Shown piece after piece: positions 53,668 to 64,000 of a DNA stretch of 64,000 bases. The translations under genes and the position numbers were made by a program. Source of the DNA: Octopus vulgaris (Eukaryota). The stretch is taken from contig OX597817.1 in assembly GCA_951406725.2 (NCBI GenBank), positions 171,864,001-171,928,000 of the forward strand, given 5' to 3'. Within the stretch, counting starts at the first letter, position 1. Every line of letters begins with the position of its first letter. The notes under the pieces were generated by a model. The model worked only from the letters and a program-made list of their open reading frames with translations. It did not search any database and was not told the DNA's origin.

Positions 53668-54308
53668 TTCTCTTTTACAAGTTTCAGTTATTGGACTGCA
53701 GCCATTGTGAGGCACCACCTTGAAGGATCCAGTCAAACAAATCGACCCCAGGACTTTGTTTTTTAATGTCAGGTATTAATTCTATCAGTCACCTTTGTCT
53801 GTTAAGTTATGGGGGAGGTAAATCAACACCAGTTTTCAAATGATGGTAGGGAACAAACACAAACATAACGATGCACACAGATATAAACATTATATATGAT
53901 GGGCTTCTTTCAGTTTCCATCTACCAAGTCCTCTCACATAGCTTTGGTTGGCCCAGAGTAATCATAGTAGATACTTATTTCTTTATTACCCATAAGGGGC
54001 TAAACATAGAGGGGAGAAACACAGACAGACAAAGGTATTAAGTCAATTACATCAACCCCTGTGTGCAACTGGTACTTAATTTATCAACCCTGAAAGGATG
54101 AAAGACAAAGTCGACCTCGGCAGAATTTGAACTCAGAACGTAACAGCAGATGAAATACCGCTAAGCATTTCACTTGGAGTGTAACCACTCTGCCAGCTCA
54201 CTGCCTTTAGCATAGTAGATACTTCCTCACGATACCACACAGTGGGACTGAACTTGGAACCATGTGGTTGTGAAGCAAATTTCTTAACACAGAGCCACAC
54301 CTGCACCT
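53668..54308 (-). mobile_element. SINE A containing a nested SINE B (53975-54206) with a 14-bp TSD
   Basis: CATAGTAGATACTT at 53963-53976 and 54211-54224. Confidence 0.85.
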
Positions 54309-54989
54309 ATATGATAACAATTTTTCAATACAGTTGAAAAATGTCTCATGATATGAGTTCAGAACTAAAGAGGAGATTTATGGATATATTCCACCCATCG
54401 TTACTACTGTTGCTCAAAGCAAGGCAAGCTTTGCTGACCACTGCTATCTTCCTCAACTTCATGTCACATGTTATATTCTGGAGGCTTCTGCACCCCACCC
54501 CCCAGCAGATGATGAAGACACTCAATTAAATTGAAGTTACTGGCAGAGACACACACAACATGAAATTGAAGATCTCTGAAAGTTAATAGGAGACAGAGAT
54601 TCCTGTTGCAGCATGCAGCATAGCAAGATGCATCTCAATTGCAGCTGCAGCTACCTGAACAAGTAGAATGCCATTTAACCACATATGGGAATTGAAACTA
54701 TGTCTCAGGCTAAGCTCATCACCTGTTCACTTTTTAATTCACACACTTTTTTTTTTGTTTTTGTTTGTTTGTTAACATGCGGTTAGGAAGCTGGTTTTTG
54801 TAACCACATGGTTTCAGGTTCAGTCCTACCGTACAGCATCTTACATTTGGCAAGTGTCTTCTACAATACCCTGGGGGGCCAACTAAAGCCTTGTGAGTAA
54901 ATTTGGTTGACAGAAATTGTGTGGAAGCCCACTGTATATATATATATATCATCATCATCATCGTTTAACGTCCGCTGATGATGATGATG

Positions 54990-55041
<52 letters not shown>

Positions 55042-55872
55042 GTATGTATGTATGTATATATATATATATATATGTACCCATCAAGTTGAGCAAAACAACA
55101 GTCATGACAGATACTGGTGCCATGCAAATGGCACCTGTGGTGGTGGCACATAAAAGTACCCATCACACTTTCAAAGTGGTTAGCATTATGAAGGGCAACC
55201 AGCCACAGAAACCATACCCTTCCAGCCTACACAATTTAATGTGTAAAAAACAAAATAGGAATTTTAAAAGAAGTGTCTATAAAACTAGTTTTTAAGCATC
55301 AAAATAATAATCAAAGGGGTCCATAGATAAAAATGGTTGAGAACCCTTATTTGGGTTCCTCAAAACAGCAAACAGTCTGCCATAATGGGTAGCAAGTGGC
55401 ATGTCAAATTATTTTGAAAATTTAACTTACAGCTTTAAAAACTCTTAATTATTGTTATGATGTCTTGGAAAACACGTTACTCAAAATTTTGTTGATGTCT
55501 TAACATGCTTTAACTAGGGTCCTGAAATCATTGATGGAGCCATCAGATGGGCTACTATCATGACAAATGGTGTGTTTCGGGCATTTTGTGACATGAGGGA
55601 GCTCATCCTTCTCCATGTCTGTTTTTGTTTTTGTTTTGGAGAAAGTGACAGACAGACAGACAAGAAATAAGAATCACAGAAATAGAATAATTACTCTCAA
55701 TATTTAACTGGTACTTTATACATTGACCCTAAAAGGATGAAAGTCAATGTTGATCTCAGTGGGATTTGAACTCTAAGTGCAGAGATCCAGAACAGTTACT
55801 TCTAAGCAATCTGTCCAATGCTCTAACTACTTTTCTAGTTGGCCATCTTCAATTTTATTACATAAAATATAA

Positions 55873-56080
55873 GGCAGTGAGCTAGCAGAACCATTAGCAT
55901 GTTGGTTGAATTGCTGAATGGCTCTCCACATTTTCTGTTCAAATTCCAGTAAGGCTGACTTTGCCTTTCATTCTTTCCAGTTGGATAAAGTAAAGTACCA
56001 GTTGAGCAATAGGATCAATGTAATCAACTTAGGACCGCCCCTAAAATTGCTGGCCTTGTGCCAAAATTTGAAACCATTAT
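55873..56080 (+). mobile_element. SINE family B (tail 2), degenerate
   Basis: GGCAGTGAGCTAGCAGAACC...GGCCTTGTGCCAAAATTTGAAACC. Confidence 0.7.
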
Positions 56081-57900
56081 ATTTGAAACCAAGCACGATA
56101 AATGAAATTAGATTTGCAATTGTTTCTAATTTTAATTCTAATGTATATCGTTAAAACATTGTTTTTTTCAACTTTCCATATGAAAAGCTCAAGTAGTGTT
56201 TTAGCTAATCTTCAGAGTGTCATTATTTAAAAAAAAAAATACTGAACACCACTGCGTGACCTGCTAGAAAGAGCAACTACATTACATCAAAAGGAAGAAC
56301 ACACATGGTCTTGTTCTGACTACATCTGTCTGGCCATAACTAGAACTCTTTTGATAATAGGCCTGCCTGACCTGAAGGCTAAACAACAACAATGGCAACA
56401 ACAACAACAACTAACGGTCAGTAAGCTGTGGATAAGTCATGGCATGGTTGCTTGACTTGCTAGAAATAGAAACCAAATCTTCCTCAAATCAAAACCTCTA
56501 ACATCTGAAAAATGGAAGGATACACATATTAGAAAATGTAGTCCTGAATATTATGTCTGAATAAAAGGCTACAACTCTTTGGATCCAAGTTTCATTCGGG
56601 GATGACATAGAGTTGAAATAATAGTGTCATCATCATCATTATCATTATCAACAACGACAACAACATCAACAACATGTAGCTGTCATGAGAAAATACCAGA
56701 CCCTAAAGGAAGGTTACAGGTGATCGACTAGCATCCATCTTATATGCAGAGATATTCAAATCACCTCTGCTCAACACTTCACGTAATCCCTGTGTCTCCA
56801 AAAGCTCCTTAAGAGATTAGAATACACCAAGGATATATACAAAAATGAATTTAAAACTTTTTAATACCAACCTGCCTGAGACCATCACTTGTTTTTGATA
56901 CAAACTTCTTTTGAATTAAAATTGTCTAAATTAAAACCTTCTATCAAAATCTCATGTTATGCACCAAACACCAGCTTAACAACAAAGTGACGAAGTTGTT
57001 TTACTTAATTCTTCACTATTTTTAAAATTAACTGAAACAGGCAGAGTATTTCAACAAAAGAATGGTAAAGAAAGCATCAAAGTGGGCTTCTGATTACATT
57101 CAAGGAATATGGTATGAAAAGGTGAGAGTTGGCTTTTGCTTACAGTCATTATTTTAACATATACACCTACCGATAAGAACCAGTTGAATACCGGGATCAA
57201 TGTAATTGACTTACTACTCCTGAGAATGAGTATAAGACAAAAACCTACATCCGTCTGCCAAGCCACAGCAAGTCAGTGTGACAAAGCAGATTCATCAAAC
57301 CAGTATAATCCCAAGCTTGAATGCATGCCTGCACACCAGACCAGGGTTGGTGGAGAGAACAGCCTGAGGCCTTCATCCTGTAGTAGATTGAACATGAACA
57401 ACCAAATCCAATATGCACCTACTCATTAATATACATTTATGTATATTTGAAAGTGATATATCTGCTTCTGGATATGGTTTGCTCTTTGCTCTGAGTCTTG
57501 GTGTTTCTAAGAACAGAATGGGGAATTAGATGCTTTGCTATCTTCTCTAGATAAACATAAAGACCATTATATATATGTTTATGGATGAGAGAAAATAATT
57601 AATTGCAATGTTTATATTTTGCCCCAGTGGTGTTTTTGCAGCAGAATCGAAATGAAATGCTTTCGACCAAGAATCAAAGCTTAGTTGTGGACTCATGCAC
57701 CAGGAGCTAGGTTTATGCTCTGGAATACTCAAGATCAGGTATGGCTGTATGGTCAAGAAGTTCACTTCTCAATGATGTGGATTTTAGGTTCAGTTCCACA
57801 GCACAGCACCTTCAGCAAGACTCTTTCACTGTAGCCTCAGGCCAATTCAAGCCTTGTGAATGAATTTGATAGAATTGAAATTCAAAGTAAATCATCATAT

Positions 57901-57940
<40 letters not shown>

Positions 57941-58955
57941 CTGTGGGTGTTTTTCCATGTCATTCATTTCAAAGAAAAGCGGTCACATACAGAACATGTT
58001 GCTGTGTGGTCAGTTCTCTGAACTACAAATCACCTGCTTGCTCGGTGCCTCTGACATAATAAGGAATAAATGATTTCCTTTCTTGAAAATTAGGAAAAGG
58101 TTAATGACCAGAGGGACATCTGACTGTATAACAATGATTTGTAAACAAGTAAGGTGTGTCATTTGTTTCCTTCACACCAAATTCCTGAGCAATGGGACAC
58201 AAACAAACATCATTGGTGCCTAAGCAGGCTCAGTGCAAAGATACACAGAAGCAAACACACACACCAATACATATTTAGGTTTATGTGTGTGTGATTGCAT
58301 ATATAAATATTACACACACATGCATGTGTGCACATACACAAATACATACACAAATAGACACACACACACACACACACATACACCAATATACCACGCGCAC
58401 ATAAATATATTATGGACTTCTGTAGAGTTTGGGTAATCAAAATTTTAGAAGGTATTGGCGAACACAAAGTTGTAATAGAAGAAGCTTGTCCTAAGTGCAA
58501 CACAGGGAAATTGAACACAGAACCCAAGAGTTGTAAAGTGGATTTCTTAACTACACAATCATATTTATTAAGATATTGATTCATAATATAGATATGAGAC
58601 TACGAATTTTGGTGAAGGCATGGTTTATCATACTGATAAACAAACAAGAACGTATTTCATTGATGCCATGCCAGAATAATGAGGGTAATTATTAACACAT
58701 CAATACATATAGTCAGTGCAGGCATGGGTGTGTAGTTAAGAAGTTTGCTACTCAACCACATGGTTTCAGGTTCATTTCCACAGCATGGCACCTTGAGTAA
58801 GCATCTTCTACTACAGCATCAGACTGATCAAAGCTTTGTGAGTTGTTCAATAGACAGAAACTGAAAGAAGCCCATCAAACATGTATGTGTACATATACAT
58901 ATATATGTATATATGTATATATATTTATATATATATATGTGTGTGTGTATATATG

Positions 58956-58995
<40 letters not shown>

Positions 58996-58998
<3 letters not shown>

Positions 58999-59244
58999 TC
59001 ATCATCATCGTTTAACGTCCGCTTTCCATGCTAGCATGGGTTGGACGGTTCAACTGGGGTCTGGGAAGCCCGAAGGCTGCACCAGGCCAGTCAGATCTGG
59101 CAGTGTTTCTACAGCTGGATGCCCTTCCTAACGCCAACCACTCCGAGAGTGTAGTGGGTGATTTTATGTGCCACCAACACAGGTGCCAGACGAGGCTGGC
59201 GAACGGCCACGCTCGGATGGTGTTTTTTACGTGCCACCGGCACG

Positions 59245-59245
<1 letters not shown>
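58996..59245 (-). mobile_element. Repeat family D
   Basis: (CAT)n CGTTTAACGTCCG...GGATGCCCTTCCTAACGCCAACC. Confidence 0.8.
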
Positions 59246-59330
<85 letters not shown>

Positions 59331-59671
59331 GACTGGCCCCCTGCCCCGAAATTTCAGCCCCTGTGCCTAGAGTAGAAAAGATATTGCATGTGAATTGTAA
59401 ATGTAAATGAGTGTCACTGTCATACAAGCAGTGTCATTCATTTCCAATATTCTGAGAAAACAATTCCTGGCCATTGGGAAATATTACATTGCTTGGAAAC
59501 TGGAAAGGGTTGGTGGCAGGAAGAGCATACAGCTGCAAAGAATTTGCTTCAATAAACTCCATCCGACTCATGCAAGCATGGAAAAGAAAGTGGTGATAAT
59601 GATGAGATCCTAATACCCTATGAGTGGAATCTGAGTGGTAGGAACCATGCAAAAACTCATTATGTATTACT

Positions 59672-62100
59672 TATTTCTTTACTGCCCACAAGGGGCTAAA
59701 CATAGAGAGGGACAAACAAGGACAGACAAAGGGATTAAGTCGATTACATCGACCCCAGTGCATAACTGGTACTTAATTTATTGACCCCGACAAGATGAAA
59801 GGCTAAGTCGACCTCGGCAGAATTTGAACTCAGAGCGTAACAGCAGACGAAATACCTATTTCTTTATTACCCACAAGGGGATAAACAAGGATAGACAAAG
59901 GTATTAAGTCTATTACATCGACCCCAGTGTGTAACTGGTACTTAATTTATCGACCCTGAAAGGTTGAAAGGCAAAGTCAACCTCGGCAGAATTTGAACTC
60001 AGAGCGTAACAGCAGACGAAATACCTATTTCTTTATTACCCACAAGGGGATAAACAAGGATAGACAAAGGTATTAAGTCTATTACATCGACCCCAGTGTG
60101 TAACTGGTACTTAATTTATCGACCCTGAAAGGTTGAAAGGCAAAGTCAACCTCGGCAGAATTTGAACTCAGAGCGTAACAGCAGACGAAATACCTATTTC
60201 TTTATTACCCACAAGGGGATAAACAAGGATAGACAAAGGTATTAAGTCGATTACATCGACCCCAGTGCATAACTGGTACTTAAATTATTGACCCCGACAA
60301 GATGAAAGGCTAAGTCGACCTCGGCAGAATTTGAACTCAGAGCATAACAGCAGACGAAATACCTATTTCTTTATTACCCACAAGGGGATAAACAAGGATA
60401 GACAAAGGTATTAAGTCTATTACATCGACCCCAGTGTGTAACTGGTACTTAATTTATCGACCCTGAAAGGTTGAAAGGCAAAGTCAACCTCGGCAGAATT
60501 TGAACTCAGAGCGTAACAGCAGACGAAATACCTATTTCTTTATTACCCACAAGGGGATAAACAAGGATAGACAAAGGTATTAAGTCTATTACATCGACCC
60601 CAGTGTGTAACTGGTACTTAATTTATCGACCCTGAAAGGTTGAAAGGCAAAGTCAACCTCGGCAGAATTTGAACTCAGAGCGTAACAGCAGACGAAATAC
60701 CTATTTCTTTATTACCCACAAGGGGATAAACAAGGATAGACAAAGGTATTAAGTCTATTACATCGACCCCAGTGTGTAACTGGTACTTAATTTATCGACC
60801 CTGAAAGGTTGAAAGGCAAAGTCAACCTCGGCAGAATTTGAACTCAGAGCGTAACAGCAGACGAAATACCTATTTCTTTATTACCCACAAGGGGATAAAC
60901 AAGGATAGACAAAGGTATTAAGTCGATTACATCGACCCCAGTGCATAACTGGTACTTAAATTATTGACCCCGACAAGATGAAAGGCTAAGTCGACCTCGG
61001 CAGAATTTGAACTCAGAGCATAACAGCAGACGAAATACCTATTTCTTTATTACCCACAAGGGGATAAACAAGGATAGACAAAGGTATTAAGTCTATTACA
61101 TCGACCCCAGTGTGTAACTGGTACTTAATTTATCGACCCTGAAAGGTTGAAAGGCAAAGTCAACCTCGGCAGAATTTGAACTCAGAGCGTAACAGCAGAC
61201 GAAATACCTATTTCTTTATTACCCACAAGGGAATAAACAAGGATAGACAAAGGTATTAAGTCTATTACATCGACCCCAGTGTGTAACTGGTACTTAATTT
61301 ATCGACCCTGAAAGGTTGAAAGGCAAAGTCAACCTCGGCAGAATTTGAACTCAGAGCGTAACAGCAGACGAAATACCTATTTCTTTATTACCCACAAGGG
61401 GATAAACAAGGATAGACAAAGGTATTAAGTCTATTACATCGACCCCAGTGTGTAACTGGTACTTAATTTATCGACCCTGAAAGGTTGAAAGGCAAAGTCA
61501 ACCTCGGCAGAATTTGAACTCAGAGCGTAACAGCAGACGAAATACCTATTTCTTTATTACCCACAAGGGGATAAACAAGGATAGACAAAGGTATTAAGTC
61601 TATTACATCGACCCCAGTGTGTAACTGGTACTTAATTTATCGACCCTGAAAGGTTGAAAGGCAAAGTCAACCTCGGCAGAATTTGAACTCAGAGCGTAAC
61701 AGCAGACGAAATACCTATTTCTTTATTACCCACAAGGGGATAAACAAGGATAGACAAAGGTATTAAGTCTATTACATCGACCCCAGTGTGTAACTGGTAC
61801 TTAATTTATCGACCCTGAAAGGTTGAAAGGCAAAGTCAACCTCGGCAGAATTTGAACTCAGAGCGTAACAGCAGACGAAATACCTATTTCTTTATTACCC
61901 ACAAGGGGATAAACAAGGATAGACAAAGGTATTAAGTCTATTACATCGACCCCAGTGTGTAACTGGTACTTAATTTATCGACCCTGAAAAGTTGAAAGGC
62001 AAAGTCGACCTTGGCGGAATTTGAACTCAGAACGTAACGGCAGACGAAATACCACCAAGCATTTCACTCAGCGTGCTAATGATTCTGCCAGCTTGCCACC
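59672..62100 (-). repeat. Tandem array of 14 SINE-B bodies (169-bp period) behind a single SINE head
   Basis: GAAATACC recurs at 59849, 60018, 60187 ... 61877, 62046; single head at 62046-62100; flanks ACTCATTATGTATTACT (59655-59671) and ATTCATTTTGTATTACT (62101-62117). Confidence 0.97.
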
Positions 62101-62817
62101 ATTCATTTTGTATTACTGTCTGTGTTTATGTCATGTCCATTCTGTGTTGCTCTAAAATTTAGTGGTGTGACATACAGAGATCGGTAAAATAAGTCCTGGG
62201 ATCAATATGGCATATTAAAAATATTAAAGCATCATCACTGTCTAATAACTGAGACCAGTAAAAGAATATCTTCATACATATTAATAGGCTACAATACATG
62301 CATATGTATATGTGTGTATCTTGTATACATGAATATGCATTTCAGTTTATTAATATGTATGACTGCCTGATTAATATTTATTAATATGTAAGTGCATATT
62401 CGTGTGTGTATATATACGCATCTGTAAACATAATCTGGTTTTAAAGACTAAATAGATGTGTTGAAGCTATTAACCTATTGATAATGAAATAAACTAATAC
62501 AAGTGCATAAGTACATATTTTAGTTTAATTATCTGTATGACAATGCATTAATATGTATTAATATTTATGTGTGGTGTACTTATGTGCATATATATATATA
62601 TCTATGAACATAACACATTGTTTCAAAGACGACTCAATGGCTGGATGTTTAAGTTATTAACTCAAAGGCAATAAGTTAATAACTCTGTTGTTACTATTAC
62701 AGTTATGTGTTTCGAAACAAATTTTCCTACTTGCCTACAATGAATAATAATAATGATGATAATGATGATGGTGGTGGTGGTGGTTGTGGTGGTGATGATG
62801 ATGATGATGATAATAAC

Positions 62818-62850
<33 letters not shown>

Positions 62851-62889
62851 CGTAATAATAATGATGATGATGATGATGATGATGATGAT

Positions 62890-63255
62890 AACAAGAACAC
62901 TCAGAGAGGGCAAACCTCTGCCAAGGTAACACCAACGTCCTCTCAACGATTAGCCAGAGATGATTTTTAAAATGAGAACATCTGAAATAAACTTGACTGC
63001 TCTCACAAACAAGAATACTGAAAATGAACCCGAACGCTCTCAAAAATTAAGTAGAAAAAAAAAACAGAAAAATAATCCAGAATCCTTGTCCGGTACTGCA
63101 TCGATCCCAAAATCTAATCAGTTCATGCCAATCACGAGGCCAAACATCCCTGAAAGTTTCATCTGAATCCATCCAGCGGTTCTTGAGATACTTTGTCCAT
63201 GCACAATCAAACACGGCTGAAAACAATACCTCTGCCTTCGCTAAGGCACAGGTAA
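62890..63255 (+). mobile_element. Helentron-associated non-autonomous element (HINE/DINE-1-like)
   Basis: 5' subterminal ACCTCTGCCAAGG; 3' hairpin TACCTCTGCCTT-CGCT-AAGGCACAGGTA (63227-63254); no TSD; second copy at 52786. Confidence 0.6.
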
Positions 63256-63429
63256 TAACAACAACAACAACAACAATTATTTCTGATTTAGGTTCAAGGT
63301 CAACAATTTTGAATGGAAAAGGTTAGTCAATACCATTGACTCCAGTACCAGATTGGTACTGTATTTTGTCAACCATGGAAAAGATGAAAGGCTAAGTTGA
63401 CCTCATCAGAATTTAATCTCTAATAATAA

Positions 63430-63647
63430 TGGCTCTTCATTTTGGTACAAAGCCAACAATTCTGAGGAAAGGAGGTTAGTTGATATCATTGACCCCAATA
63501 CTTGAGTGGTACTTTACTTTATAGACCCTGAAAGGATAAAAAGTGAACTTGACTTTGACGGCATTTGAACTCAGAACATAAAAAGCCAGAAGAAATACTG
63601 TAAAGCATTTTACCCAAAGTCCCAATGATTCTACTAGCTCACTGCCA
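63430..63647 (-). mobile_element. SINE family B (tail 2), degenerate
   Basis: GACCCTGAAAGGAT...ATTTGAACTCAGAAC...CTAGCTCACTGCC. Confidence 0.7.
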
Positions 63648-64000
63648 TAAAAACGATGATGATAATTATGATGATGATGGTGATGATGATGATGATGATG
63701 AGGAGGAGGAGGAGGGGAAAATACCATTCCTTTTCTTTTATAAAATATCAGCTCCATCAATTTGCATAAACATGTAAGTTTCTAAATTTTCAAAAATATC
63801 ATCAAATTCATGCATAGAATAGGACCACATAATATAACATTGTGAAATAAAGTTTTCCCCTTAATATCACAAATGTCTCTGTAAGCTAAGAAGATTACTA
63901 AATAGATGGGAGTTGAACTAGTTCCTTCCTTTAAATAGATCTTGTGTCAGTTTTGGTGATAAGTGTTCAAGGTGTTCAACCAAGTAAACTTATCTATTTA

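Noticed and set aside
57136-57429. 97-aa ORF
   Set aside because: It spans a SINE fragment and probable decayed repeat sequence, with no identifiable domain.
59672-62100. CRISPR array or classical hammerhead retrozyme
   Set aside because: There are no unique spacers and no cas genes. I found no CUGANGA...GAAA core on either strand of the 169-bp unit, which is clearly SINE B body.

Overview
AT-rich, microsatellite-saturated eukaryotic DNA. The repeat families and the density of (TA)n, (CA)n, (GAT)n and (TAA)n tracts most resemble an octopus/coleoid cephalopod genome (inference from pattern recognition, not a search). I find no supportable host protein-coding exon, rRNA, true tRNA or CRISPR array; nearly all ORFs in the track are microsatellite artefacts. 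The window is a patchwork of at least four SINE-like families, decayed R4/Dong-type non-LTR retrotransposon pieces, an internally deleted Tc1 element, hAT-, mariner- and piggyBac-like MITEs and Helentron-type HINEs. Two signals stand out. (1) A 2.4-kb array of 14 SINE-body units (169-bp period, 59672-62100) sits inside one TSD-bounded SINE insertion, and its unit junction recurs exactly in an independent SINE dimer at about 14.0 kb. (2) Several short, mutually dissimilar inserts in (TA)n tracts carry type-I hammerhead ribozyme cores with palindromic loop III and inverted-repeat flanks, as in Penelope-like element termini. Two long fold-back palindromes occur at 6.5 and 12.7 kb. All calls are by eye, and boundaries of decayed elements are approximate.
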